This document shows, in pieces, positions 33,786 to 44,237 of a stretch of 64,000 bases of DNA (within the stretch, counting starts at the first letter, position 1; every line of letters begins with the position of its first letter). Both the position numbers and the translations under genes were made by a program. This DNA is from Trichormus sp. ATA11-4-KO1 (lineage in GTDB: Bacteria; Cyanobacteriota; Cyanobacteriia; Cyanobacteriales; Nostocaceae), in NCBI GenBank assembly GCA_019358915.1, contig JAHHIM010000002.1, positions 64,001-128,000 on the forward strand, written 5' to 3'. The notes under the pieces were generated by a model. That model was not told where the DNA came from and did no database searches. It saw nothing but the letters and a program-made list of their open reading frames with translations.

Positions 33786-34064
33786 GCCGTAGAAGGGAAT
33801 TCAGGAAAATATTCCTTCGTTCTTTGCTTCGGCAGTTGAGCCTTTTGGGATAGAGTTTTGCGGTATCCTTATGGTTATTCGCAGCAAGCTTTTAGCGTGT
33901 GTTGAACGCTAAGGCTGCTCTTGTCATAGAGGTATGCCCGAAATTAATGCAGACTAGGTAGACTGCTGAAGAGTGCAGTTGAATTGCTTTTGGGCAATTT
34001 ATTTAACTGTTGTGGTGTGTGTGGTCTGCAAAAAAACTCGGTTCAATAAATATCTAGTTGACCG
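33786..34064 (+). ncRNA. Candidate structured RNA / 5' leader
   Basis: At least five nested or consecutive stems in a non-coding island less AT-rich than the DNA upstream of it; G-U wobble pairs favour the + strand. Confidence 0.35.
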
Positions 34065-34193
34065 TAGAGAACTATTATTTTACGGAAAAATCTAGTATAG
34101 CAAACTACAGCCATCAAGAAGGCTCTTGGTTGGTTGAATTTCTACTAATTTTACAAAATTTCATATTCCTTTAAGCAAGGTGCTGGTAGAACG

Positions 34194-34391
34194 ATGATTT
34201 ACGGGAAGATGCCTATGTTGATTTTTATTTTAGCTGCTGGTTATTTGTTCACAGTCTACCTATTACTAGCTCTGGCAAAGCGCACTGGCAAAAAATCTCC
34301 TCCTAGAAATTTACCTGCGGCAAACCCAGGACAACGCAAACCAGATGTGTCGGTAACTTCCAAGGTAACTGAGGTGGTCAATAGTCAATAG
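34194..34391 (+). CDS. Small single-TM protein
   Basis: MPMLIFILAAGYLFTVYLLLALAKR hydrophobic helix plus basic tail. Confidence 0.65.
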   Translation: MIYGKMPMLIFILAAGYLFTVYLLLALAKRTGKKSPPRNLPAANPGQRKPDVSVTSKVTEVVNSQ

Positions 34392-34464
34392 ACCAAAACG
34401 GCTGGGCAAAAGTCAATAGTCAAAATATTGATAATTGACTATTGACTAATTATCTCACACAGTT

Positions 34465-35331
34465 TTAGTAAACTTGGGAAACTGCAATATCTGTGAAATC
34501 TACAACCTCAACCATGGGAGTATGTCCTAGCCATTGCACACCGGATTGAGCAAACTGTTGTGGACAACCACTGACGGCAAAACGAGTTGGTAATGGGGGA
34601 TAGGTATTGTTTAAGCCGAGTAGATCTAACTCTTGAGTACAAGCCGCCACTACATGAACAGCTGGGTCAATTAGTTTGACATGAAGAGGGAGAAGCGATC
34701 GCAGTACGGGTGCGAGATGGGGATAATGAGTACAGCCGTAGACTAAAGTATCAATTTCTTGCTGTAGTAAAGGCTCTAAATAAGAGCGTGCTACTTCAGT
34801 AGTGTAGGGGTCATGTATCCGATTTTGCTCAATAAGTGGCACAAACTCTGGACAACTGACTTGCCAGACTTGGACATTTGGATCAATTTCCAGAATAGCG
34901 TGCCGATAGGCATTGCTTTTGGCTGTAGCTGGGGTAGCAATCACACCAATACGCTTTCCTTGCTGCACTGCTGCTTTGGCTCCTGGGAGAATGACTCCGA
35001 GGATGGGTATACTAAATTCCCCACGTACTATTTCTAGTGCTAGGGCAGAACTAGTATTACAAGCCATGACCACCATCTTCACACGTTGCTGTTGCATCCA
35101 TCTCAGGATTTCGCGCACATACTGTAATATCTCTGCTTGTGAGCGAATCCCATAAGGCAGTCGAGCTGTGTCTCCAAAGTAAATAATAGATTCATTGGGG
35201 AGATGGCGATAGAGTTGTCGCAGTACCGTCAGCCCACCCACACCACTGTCAAAAACGCCAATTGGGGCACGTTGAGGCTCTTTATCAGCAAAATCGTCAA
35301 GATGACCTTCAAACATAGAAGTTGAATACAC
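34465..35331 (-). CDS. murI: Glutamate racemase
   Basis: FDSGVGGLTV, ACNTSS, GCTHYP. Confidence 0.97.
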   Translation of the reverse strand: MYSTSMFEGHLDDFADKEPQRAPIGVFDSGVGGLTVLRQLYRHLPNESIIYFGDTARLPYGIRSQAEILQYVREILRWMQQQRVKMVVMACNTSSALALEIVRGEFSIPILGVILPGAKAAVQQGKRIGVIATPATAKSNAYRHAILEIDPNVQVWQVSCPEFVPLIEQNRIHDPYTTEVARSYLEPLLQQEIDTLVYGCTHYPHLAPVLRSLLPLHVKLIDPAVHVVAACTQELDLLGLNNTYPPLPTRFAVSGCPQQFAQSGVQWLGHTPMVEVVDFTDIAVSQVY

Positions 35332-35443
35332 AGGTAGATATTGATTTAAGTTTTTAGCTTTAAAATACAGAATTTAGCAGAGAATTTGCTAACTGACCAC
35401 TAAATTACACCCGTTTACTTAATTAGTAGTTGGGACTACATTT

Positions 35444-37330
35444 TTATCTTTGCTGTAAGTACTTGAGGATACCATCAGCGATCGCCTCTGCTATCCGATT
35501 TTGGTATTCTGGTGTTCCCAATCTGGGATTGTCTTCCCTACCAGTCATGTAGCCTGTTTCCACTAAAATCGAGGGCATAGAACTTTTTCTGAGAACATAA
35601 AATCTAGCTTTCCGTACTTTCCGGTCTTTAATAGTACCGATATTCTGAAGAATGTTATTGTGAACAACTTCAGCTAGACGATAACCGCTTTCATAATAAT
35701 ATGTCTCTAATCCATTCACCGCAGGGCGACCATCAACTGAATTAGCGTGAATGCTGACGAATAAAGTCGCATTGGCTCGCTCGGCAATATCTACTCGTCC
35801 CTGAAGTTCTACAAAAAAGTCAGAATTCCTCGTTAAAACTGCTTGTACGCCATTTTGTTCTAAAATTGACGCTACCTTTTTACCGATAGGCAAAACTACA
35901 TCCTTTTCTAGCAGTCCACCCAAACCGGGAGCGCCTGAGTCTTTACCGCCATGTCCAGGGTCAATGACTACTAGTAATTTTCCTTTGGGATTTGAGGGGC
36001 GAGGCTCTGGTTGAGGATTGTCTATAGTTGTCGGATTTGGTAGCGGTAGAGGAGGTAAAGCAACCGGAGGGGTGATTCCCCGAGAGCCTTGTAATTGTAA
36101 AGCCAACAATTGACTGTTGATTTGGTTAATTTCCCCAATTTGGACTCCGGTTGCTGGTTGAACCAATACAATCACAGTATTAGATGGTTGTGTTTGTAAG
36201 CGCACTCGCAGGATGGGGCTATTAGCACTAAGAGCCGGGCCAGTAACTTTGGCAGCTAACTTAGCATTAGGGATAATGATGCGGAACAAACCAGAGGATC
36301 TATCCCATCCACCAGTGGCAGATATAGCTTGGTCAGCACGAATCAGCAGTTGTGTATTATTACCAGTTAATTCTACGGACTGAATGGTGGCTAAGGAGTT
36401 GGTAATAGGTAGTGTAGAACTAGTATTATTACTATCAGCCAATCTGGCGATACTACGACTGGGCAAAATCACGAACCCACCCACACTACTCGTAGTTGCC
36501 CGCCAGTCTGGGCTATTTTTATCCACCTGCAATGTCATTCGCACAGTTAATATTTGTGCTTGCAGTTGGGTAAATTGGATGTAGCTGACACCATAACGAT
36601 TAATGGGCAAATCCTGTTGTCCCAAGTTAGGGGATAAGGAAGCGCCAGAAATATCAATATTAATTGTCTTTTTGTCTTGACTGCGGTTAATTTGAATTTG
36701 AGGATTACCACCACTAGTGCGGACGAAAAATCCATCGCCTGTAACTCGTAAGTTTTCAATTTGAGTCACTGCTGCTACAGTATCGACAACCGATTCTTTT
36801 TTATCTGCTGTGTCAGAGCCTGTTGTCACTACATTGTAAATATTTCTTGGGGAAAGCGTTGGTGTTGATGTTCTTGTTGTTGCCGATGAAGGAGAAAGTT
36901 CTTGCCGCAGTGCAGTTTCTGTTGACGCAACTCCTGCCTCAACTTCTGGAGTTGGTAATTGGACAATCCAACGACTGGGAGTTACACCTACAAATTTCAC
37001 CTGTTGGGGGTCTAGGGTATAGTCAGGATTGAGTTCAACGACTAGGCGCGTGGTTTGGGGGTCAAACTGCCCCACACGAATAGCCCGAATCGCACCGCCT
37101 ACCTGTTGCGTTAACTGCGGACGCCCAAATGTCGTGTTTGGTAAATCAATTACCAGCCGTGTGGGGTTGAATATTAATTGTGCCTGGGGTTGAACAGCGT
37201 CTGAAGTGTTAATTTCCAGGCGATTTTGATTGGCATCAAACCGCCAAGATTCTAGTTTCGCTGCTAAAGCCGGCGACGATAGTAAGACGATACTCCCCAC
37301 AGTACTGGGTAGTAACCAGTGTAATTTCAC
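35444..37330 (-). CDS. amiC2: N-acetylmuramoyl-L-alanine amidase with AMIN domains (AmiC2/HcwA)
   Basis: Signal peptide, PTRLVIDL AMIN, IDPGHGGKD, SIHAN, ILVETG; second of the tandem pair, upstream of murI. Confidence 0.88.
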   Translation of the reverse strand: MKLHWLLPSTVGSIVLLSSPALAAKLESWRFDANQNRLEINTSDAVQPQAQLIFNPTRLVIDLPNTTFGRPQLTQQVGGAIRAIRVGQFDPQTTRLVVELNPDYTLDPQQVKFVGVTPSRWIVQLPTPEVEAGVASTETALRQELSPSSATTRTSTPTLSPRNIYNVVTTGSDTADKKESVVDTVAAVTQIENLRVTGDGFFVRTSGGNPQIQINRSQDKKTINIDISGASLSPNLGQQDLPINRYGVSYIQFTQLQAQILTVRMTLQVDKNSPDWRATTSSVGGFVILPSRSIARLADSNNTSSTLPITNSLATIQSVELTGNNTQLLIRADQAISATGGWDRSSGLFRIIIPNAKLAAKVTGPALSANSPILRVRLQTQPSNTVIVLVQPATGVQIGEINQINSQLLALQLQGSRGITPPVALPPLPLPNPTTIDNPQPEPRPSNPKGKLLVVIDPGHGGKDSGAPGLGGLLEKDVVLPIGKKVASILEQNGVQAVLTRNSDFFVELQGRVDIAERANATLFVSIHANSVDGRPAVNGLETYYYESGYRLAEVVHNNILQNIGTIKDRKVRKARFYVLRKSSMPSILVETGYMTGREDNPRLGTPEYQNRIAEAIADGILKYLQQR

Positions 37331-37663
37331 AAATTTTTCTCCTGATTCGCGTTGATCATAATTGGCAAATCCTCACACCGTCACCGCCTAAACTTAGCCT
37401 GGAAAAGGAAATTCTAATCTGCGGCTTTCACAGATTAGAACTTCCCTGGCAGCAAAAAAAGTTTTCGCTGGTATTAAAGCCACTACTAATGGCGTAAAAT
37501 TATATCACACTTGTTTAATTTTGCTATCCTGCGAAGGCAATAAAAAATGGCAGGCGCAGCATGAGATGACACCAAATAAGAGCTAATCAGAATTAATCAC
37601 ACATATTTACTTTTAGTTAATCACATGCAAAATCAGATAGGTTATTGGTGTTGAGTTGTTTAT

Positions 37664-37820
37664 AGGACTTACGCACACGCAACGAATTCTTCTCTTCGAG
37701 ACGCTTCGCGTACCCTTCGGGAAGCAAGCTACATACACGTAGTCTCTCGTAGAGAAGGCGTTCTATAGGAGAAGGGCGGTGCGATAAATTAAACTTTTTG
37801 GCTAGTTTTGCGTAAGTCCT
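37664..37820. mobile_element. MITE-like element, 157 bp
   Basis: 12-bp perfect TIR AGGACTTACGCA / TGCGTAAGTCCT; internal CCCTTCGGG and TCTCGTAGAGA motifs; no ORF. Confidence 0.7.
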
Positions 37821-37918
37821 GATTTAATTGCTGGTAATTAATGTACCCAAAAAAATTACGTTAATGTCAACTAGTGAAGCAAAACTGAAAACAGCCACCT
37901 CCTGGTAGACTTAATTAT

Positions 37919-39802
37919 TTATCTTCGTTGTAAATACTGAAGAATACCACGAGCGATCGCATCCGCCATTTGATTTTGGTGAGCTGTGGTTCTGAGTCTA
38001 GCAGCATCCTCTCGACCAGTAACAAAACCTACTTCTACCAAAACCGAGGGCATGGAACTTCGTCGAAGGACATAAAATCTGGCTCGTCGCACTCCTCTGT
38101 CTCTGACATTCGCACCTTGAAGAATGCTGCGATGAATCGCGCGAGCTAAACTTTGCCCACTGTCGTAATAATATGTTTCCAAACCATTGACATCCGGACG
38201 ACTCAAACTAATGGCATTAGCATGGATGCTAACAAATAAATCAGCGTTAGCTCTTTCTGCTAAATTTACTCGTCCCTGAAGGCTAACAAAATAGTCAGAA
38301 TCCCGCGTTAGTACTGCTTGTACACCATTTTTCTGCAAAATTTCTGCGACCCTTTTGCTGATAGGCAGGATGACATCTTTCTCGCGCAACCCGCCAATAC
38401 CAACGGCTCCTGGGTCTTTACCACCGTGTCCGGGGTCAATCATCACGACAACTCTGCCTCGAGGTGCTGGTCGTGGAGTTGGCTGGGTTGTTGGTCGAGG
38501 GGGAGCGTTGGGATCTGGTAATTGCCCTTGGTTAGGTGGTGGTAGGGGAGGTAGGGCTAATGGGGGGGTGATCCGGCGAGAGCCTTGTAATTGTAGAGCT
38601 AATACCTGGTTGCTAATTTGGTTGAGTTGCCCAATTTGCACTCCTGCGGCTGGTTGAACTAAGACAATCACTGTATTGTCTTGAGGTTGCAGGCGGACCC
38701 TCAAGATGGGACTATTAGCATTAAAAGCTGGACCTGTAACGTTGGGAGCTAACTTAGCATTGGGAATAGCAATCCGGAATAAACCAGAGGATCTATCCCA
38801 TCCACTAGTGGCAGATACATTTTTATCGGCTCTAATCAGTAATTGCGTCCCATTATTAGCTAATTCCACAGCCTGAATTGTGGCTGGAGAGTTGCTGGCA
38901 AGTGGTCTGTTGGGAGTGGTAACAGGTGTAGGCTGATTATTTTGTGAATTGTCGGAACTATTATTATTGTTACCAGGTAATCTGACAACACGAGTAGGTA
39001 AAACCACCAAACCACCAGCACTACTATTAGTTACCCGCCAATCTGGGCTATTTTTATCCACCCGCATAGTCATGCGGACACCAGGTGTTTGGGTTTGCAG
39101 TGGAGTGAATTCGACGCGACTCACACCATGTCTGTTAATTTGATTATTTTGCTTTGTCAGACTTGGTGATAAACTCGCACCAGCGATGTCCATAAAAATG
39201 GTACTGCGATCGCGGCTGCGATTTACCTTAACTTGAGGATTGCCGCCGTTAGTACGGACGAAAAATCCATCTCCTGTTACCTGTAAGTTCTCAATTTGAG
39301 TTGTTCCTGGTGTAGCGCTGGCAACTTTAGTAGAAAACTCCGGTTTATTCCCAGTATCAGAGTCAATGGTAACCACATTGTAAATCTCTCTGGTGGAAGA
39401 TTCTGCTTGCTCTGCTGTTGGCGTTGGTAATTGTACCCGCCATCGACTAGGAGTCACACCTTCAAATTTCACCTGCTGGGGGTCTAGAGTGTAGCCAGGA
39501 TTAAGTTCAACGACTATGCGCGTTGTTTGGGGGTCAAACTGTCCTACACGGACGGCGCGAACGGCACCACCTACCTGTTGCGTTAACTGCGGACGCCCAA
39601 ATATGGTGCCTGGCAAATCAATTACCAGACGCGTGGGGTTAAAGACCAGTTGTGCTTGGGGTTGAACAGCGCCTGAAGTGTTAATTTCCAGACGATTTTG
39701 ATTAGCATCAAAACGCCAAGATTCTAGTTTCGCTGCCAAAGCCGGCGACGATAGTAAGACGATACTTCCAACAGTACTGGGTAGTAACCAGTGTAATTTC
39801 AC
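37919..39802 (-). CDS. amiC1: N-acetylmuramoyl-L-alanine amidase with AMIN domains (AmiC1)
   Basis: Same architecture; IDPGHGGKDPGA, SIHAN, VLVEVG; first of the tandem pair. Confidence 0.88.
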   Translation of the reverse strand: MKLHWLLPSTVGSIVLLSSPALAAKLESWRFDANQNRLEINTSGAVQPQAQLVFNPTRLVIDLPGTIFGRPQLTQQVGGAVRAVRVGQFDPQTTRIVVELNPGYTLDPQQVKFEGVTPSRWRVQLPTPTAEQAESSTREIYNVVTIDSDTGNKPEFSTKVASATPGTTQIENLQVTGDGFFVRTNGGNPQVKVNRSRDRSTIFMDIAGASLSPSLTKQNNQINRHGVSRVEFTPLQTQTPGVRMTMRVDKNSPDWRVTNSSAGGLVVLPTRVVRLPGNNNNSSDNSQNNQPTPVTTPNRPLASNSPATIQAVELANNGTQLLIRADKNVSATSGWDRSSGLFRIAIPNAKLAPNVTGPAFNANSPILRVRLQPQDNTVIVLVQPAAGVQIGQLNQISNQVLALQLQGSRRITPPLALPPLPPPNQGQLPDPNAPPRPTTQPTPRPAPRGRVVVMIDPGHGGKDPGAVGIGGLREKDVILPISKRVAEILQKNGVQAVLTRDSDYFVSLQGRVNLAERANADLFVSIHANAISLSRPDVNGLETYYYDSGQSLARAIHRSILQGANVRDRGVRRARFYVLRRSSMPSVLVEVGFVTGREDAARLRTTAHQNQMADAIARGILQYLQRR

Positions 39803-40394
39803 AATTCTTTCTCCTGATTCGCGTTCATGGGAGCCATCAATATCTCAACATATTGGCAAATCGTCATACTGTCACAACCTAATCTTTCGCTTTGATACTT
39901 CTAGGGCTTTTGTACTTTTATATAAGTACAATTAACGACGTAAATTGCTAGTATGCCTGCTAATTTTTTCATTTTATCAGGTCATAAGCATCACGCCTGC
40001 CAAGCATTAGATGCAACAACAGTATTACTAGAATTAACCACAATCAGTTAATTCTAGTCAGTGATACTTGACTTAGCCAGAAATGGTTGTTGAGTTGTTG
40101 AATTGCTGGCAATCAATGTCTTGATTAAAAAATTCCAACTACTTTTAACTGATGTGGTAAAAATTGTGCTCACTAATTTCTAATTGCTGAAAAATATCTA
40201 AATTAACACTGGAAAGTAGAGGAAAACTGGCAACAGGTAACATTCCGAATGCTAGTAGTAATTAGACAAAAACTCAAATTGTCAATCTCCAAGGACGGAG
40301 ATTTGGAGATAGAAGTTTCCAGAGGCTAGGGATTGGGTATGGGGCATTGCTCATTCTCCTTGTCCCTCCCCATTTCCCTAGTTCCTCAAGATCC

Positions 40395-41882
40395 TCAGGT
40401 TTTTGACGACTTATCCCCCTCTGGGGTGTCTTCTCGATTGCCAGCATCATTTGCGCCAGCCACGATTGATTGAGGTTGTTCTACGAGCAACGGTGTCCCA
40501 GTTACACCGTCTAAAATCAGTTTTTCTGAGTCTTTTACCACATTGTCTGAATCTGGAAATACGAAACGTAACAGTGGAGGAGCTAAAAAGGTAGTGAGAA
40601 TAACCATCATGATAATTGCTGCTCCTAGTGATTTAGAGAGAACACCACTGGCAGCACCAACACCAGCGAACACCAACCCGACTTCACCCCTAGGAATCAT
40701 CCCCACACCAATTGCTAAACGGTTGATTTGGGGTTGACCAAACACGCTGAAACCTGTGATCACTTTACCAATAATGGCTACTGCAATCAGGAAAGTTGCC
40801 ATAATTAGACCTTCCCGGTTGCTGGGGATTGCTGGGTTCAATACTCCCAAGTCAGTTTTTGCCCCAACAGTCACAAAGAAAATCGGTACTAGGATATCAG
40901 CAATGGGAACAACTTGCCTTTGTAGTTCTTTGCGCTTATCGGTTTCCTCTAGGACTAAACCTGCTGCAAAAGCTCCCAAAATGGCTTCTAACTGAATAAT
41001 GGAGGCAAAGTATGCCATGACAAAGGCGAAAACAAATGCTGGTATTACCAGTTCGCCGCGCGTCTTGAGTTGGTCAGCGATCGCCACAAAGGTTTTATTG
41101 AAAACATTGCCTAAGACAATTGCACCAATGAGAAAACCACTGGCGCTAATAATCAAATAAATCACTTTGCTCACGTCTACCACGCCATCTTTGGCTAGGC
41201 TGGCAACTACGGCTAAGACGATGATTCCCAGTACGTCATCAATGACGGCAGCACCTAGAATAATCTGCCCTTCTTTGGAATTGAGCCTTCCTAGTTCTGA
41301 CAATACTTTGGAAGTAATACCAATACTAGTGGCGGTTAAAGCTGCCCCAGCGAAAATTGCTGGCACAGCACCGACACCAAACAAAGTCATCAGTCCCACA
41401 GTGCCTGCGGTAAAGGGTACTACTACCCCTACTACTGCCACAATGGAGGCTTGGATACCGACTGATATTAGGTCTTTTAAGTTCGACTCCAAACCAATTT
41501 CAAATAGCAGAATAATCACACCCAGTTCTGCCAAAACAGAAACGACCTCTGACTGTGCTTCAAATACTGCTGGAGTTGCTTCAGGAGTTAAACCGGCAGT
41601 AGTTTGCAAAAAGGTCATGACTAGAGAGTTAGAACTGTCTGTGCCACCTTCTGGAAACACCAACAGATGCAAAACTGAGATGCCTACTACCACACCTCCT
41701 AAGAGTTCACCTAAGACAGGCGGTAAACCCACTCGGTTAGATAATTCCCCACCAACTTTACTTGCTAGGTAAATTACAACTAAACTCAGTAGTACTGCTG
41801 CTAGTACCATTGAACTATCTGCTGTTTCTGTTGTACTAGCCAGCAGGGGAAAATATACGTTTACTGCATCTAAAAATTGCAT
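40395..41882 (-). CDS. Cation/H+ antiporter (CPA2, NhaS3-like)
   Basis: Many TMs, LLFEIGLES, ATSIGIT, AAVIDDVLG, GMIPRGEVGL. Confidence 0.92.
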   Translation of the reverse strand: MQFLDAVNVYFPLLASTTETADSSMVLAAVLLSLVVIYLASKVGGELSNRVGLPPVLGELLGGVVVGISVLHLLVFPEGGTDSSNSLVMTFLQTTAGLTPEATPAVFEAQSEVVSVLAELGVIILLFEIGLESNLKDLISVGIQASIVAVVGVVVPFTAGTVGLMTLFGVGAVPAIFAGAALTATSIGITSKVLSELGRLNSKEGQIILGAAVIDDVLGIIVLAVVASLAKDGVVDVSKVIYLIISASGFLIGAIVLGNVFNKTFVAIADQLKTRGELVIPAFVFAFVMAYFASIIQLEAILGAFAAGLVLEETDKRKELQRQVVPIADILVPIFFVTVGAKTDLGVLNPAIPSNREGLIMATFLIAVAIIGKVITGFSVFGQPQINRLAIGVGMIPRGEVGLVFAGVGAASGVLSKSLGAAIIMMVILTTFLAPPLLRFVFPDSDNVVKDSEKLILDGVTGTPLLVEQPQSIVAGANDAGNREDTPEGDKSSKT

Positions 41883-41995
41883 GTGTTCTGCAAAAATCCT
41901 AATGTGTTCTGCGAAAATCCTTCTCTTTATTTTTACTCCTTTATGGAAAGCAACATATATTCACGTATATACGCATTGCTCACAGCAGGAATAAG

Positions 41996-42415
41996 TTAAT
42001 TTGAATTTGTGCCATTAGTCAACTCAATCAGCCGTTGCCAGTAAAACTCGGATATTGGGACAACAGAGAGTCTAGGGAGTCTTAGCAAGTCAAAGTCTGT
42101 AAATTGTTCATCTTGCTTGATTTGGGCTAGAGTGATGGGCTGGGAGACTCTTCTTGATGCCTTGATATCCACAACTACCCGTTTGGCATCGTTGAATGTT
42201 GGATCATCATAAGGTTGACTGACTACCTCTGCCACACCTATGACTTGTCGTTCTTTGCCTGTGTGATAAATTAATGCTAGATCGCCAGGAAGCATTGTGC
42301 GTAGATGTTTAAGTGCTAGAGGATTGTTGACCCCATCCCAAACTGTACTACCATCCTGTTCTAGATCAAAATAGGAATAATTTTCTGGTTCAGTTTTCAG
42401 CAGCCAATATGCCAT
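41996..42415 (-). CDS. EVE domain protein
   Basis: YWLLKTEP, WDGVNN, GDLALIYHTG, RLSVVP. Confidence 0.92.
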   Translation of the reverse strand: MAYWLLKTEPENYSYFDLEQDGSTVWDGVNNPLALKHLRTMLPGDLALIYHTGKERQVIGVAEVVSQPYDDPTFNDAKRVVVDIKASRRVSQPITLAQIKQDEQFTDFDLLRLPRLSVVPISEFYWQRLIELTNGTNSN

Positions 42416-42734
42416 CAAAGAATCTCCACAAATTTTGGTGTAACTTTTTTAGTATCAAAAAATGTAACCATTCTTACTTTTAACTATGGCAATGTCAAAG
42501 TAAAAACATATAGTAGGGGATATAGGACAGGCTTGAAAGTCTCTCTTAGTCAGTGTTTATGATTAATTGTTGTTCTAAGTTATGTGGTAACTGCTATACA
42601 AAAAGTGCTGAGTGCTGAGTTTATGAAAGTTCAAAGATATTTGTTGACTATGTAATGGTTGACAGTTAACTGCGGATTGCTAGATACGTTTGATTAACAG
42701 GATCTGTAGATATTTTTAGAGGAGTGCAAATCTT

Positions 42735-43481
42735 ATGTATAGAGCCGCTTTATCCGGTTCTCGGTTTCGTGCTGGCAACTTTTGGAAAACCATACCACTA
42801 GCTTTGCTAGTATGTGTAACTTTTGTCCAACCTGGGTTAGCCCAAGAACAAGAAAAATTATGGCGCACCTTGACTGTTAGTGGTCGCGGTGTGGAAACAA
42901 TTCCTACCACTTTGTCACAAGTCAGTTTGGGAGTGGAAGTGCAGGCTAAAACTGCCCAGGAAGCACAACAAGAGGCAGCCCGCAGGTCATCAGCTGTGGT
43001 AGCCTTGCTTAAAAGCCGAAATGTGGAAAAATTACAAACCACTGGTATCCGTCTGAATCCAGTTTATAGTTACACCAACAATGTGCAACGCATTACTGGG
43101 TATGCTGCTAATAACACTGTGAGTTTTCGCATTGCTACTGATAAAGCAGGTACTTTGTTAGATGAAGCAGTAAAAGCGGGTGCAACACAGATAAACGGCA
43201 TTAGTTTTGTTGCTAGTGATGCAGCGATCGCCTCTGCTCAAAAACAAGCACTCAGACAGGCCACCCAAGACGCTAGGCTACAAGCTGATGCTGTTTTCGA
43301 TGCCTTAGGCTTTCAGTCCAAAGAAGTAGTGAGTATTCAAGTCAATAGTGCTAGTGCGCCTCCACCACCTATATTGTATCGGGCTGAAGCGGGCAAGTTA
43401 GCTACTCAAGATGCTTCCACCCCGATAGTTGGTGGTGAACAGCCAGTAGAAGCATTGGTGACACTGCAAATTCGTTATTAG
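42735..43481 (+). CDS. SIMPL/DUF541 family protein
   Basis: Signal peptide, RTLTVSGRG, GYAANNTV, GATQINGISF. Confidence 0.9.
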   Translation: MYRAALSGSRFRAGNFWKTIPLALLVCVTFVQPGLAQEQEKLWRTLTVSGRGVETIPTTLSQVSLGVEVQAKTAQEAQQEAARRSSAVVALLKSRNVEKLQTTGIRLNPVYSYTNNVQRITGYAANNTVSFRIATDKAGTLLDEAVKAGATQINGISFVASDAAIASAQKQALRQATQDARLQADAVFDALGFQSKEVVSIQVNSASAPPPPILYRAEAGKLATQDASTPIVGGEQPVEALVTLQIRY

Positions 43482-43528
43482 TCATTGGTCATTGGTCATT
43501 GCCAATGACTAATGACTAATGACCAATG
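43481..43528. repeat. Heptamer STRR array forming a hairpin between convergent genes
   Basis: (GTCATTG)x3 followed by the inverse (AATGACT/C) units. Confidence 0.8.
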
Positions 43529-43533
43529 ATTAA

Positions 43534-43896
43534 TTAAAAATGTTCTGAAGACATATCTGCCATACCGCCTTCTGCATCCCGTTTGGAACCTAACAACTCT
43601 AATTGGTCTACTCTAATAACTGGCATAGAACGGTTGGCTCCTGTTTGGCGATCGCTCCATGTGTCAAACTTTAAGGAACCTTTGATGCCAATTAAGCTGC
43701 CTTTACGTACATAATTACCCGCTACCTCTGCTGTTTTGTCCCAAAGCTCTAAGGTGAACCAGTCAGGTTCATCACTATTACGGGATCTACGTTTAACTGC
43801 TAGTGTCAATCTACACTTGACACTACCAGACTCGAAATATTTAATATCTGGGTCGCCGCCTACACGACCAACGAGGGTGACAATATTAATGCTCAT
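43534..43896 (-). CDS. ssb: Single-stranded DNA-binding protein
   Basis: NIVTLVGRVGGDP, DWFTLELWDKTAE, KGSLIGIKGSL. Confidence 0.95.
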   Translation of the reverse strand: MSINIVTLVGRVGGDPDIKYFESGSVKCRLTLAVKRRSRNSDEPDWFTLELWDKTAEVAGNYVRKGSLIGIKGSLKFDTWSDRQTGANRSMPVIRVDQLELLGSKRDAEGGMADMSSEHF

Positions 43897-44237
43897 GAAC
43901 TTTACCTATTAGTACATAAGTACTGATGTATTCTGACTTTCATCATAGCGAATTGTGAAGCTATTGAAAATGTGTTAAAAACTTAACAGCCTGACTGGGT
44001 ATAAAAATGTGAGGAATTACTTGTAAAAATTGCCAAACTATACGGATATATTGAAGTAGTTAGAGAATACCAAAAATATGGATGCTTGAGACCTAGTAAA
44101 GATTGCCAAGTTGCCAAAAGGCAAACCAAAATAGCTTCATTTACTAGACTCAGGATAAAAAACGTAATAAAATCCAGCACTATTAACTCTAACAGTTTTT
44201 AGCCAACAAGTATCGCAAATAAGGGGCGTAGAGACGC

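Noticed and set aside
41167..41772. 201-aa + strand ORF and other long antisense ORFs (e.g. 44897-45274, 42716-43042, 50503-50895, 63304-63996)
   Set aside because: Shadow frames of well-supported genes on the opposite strand
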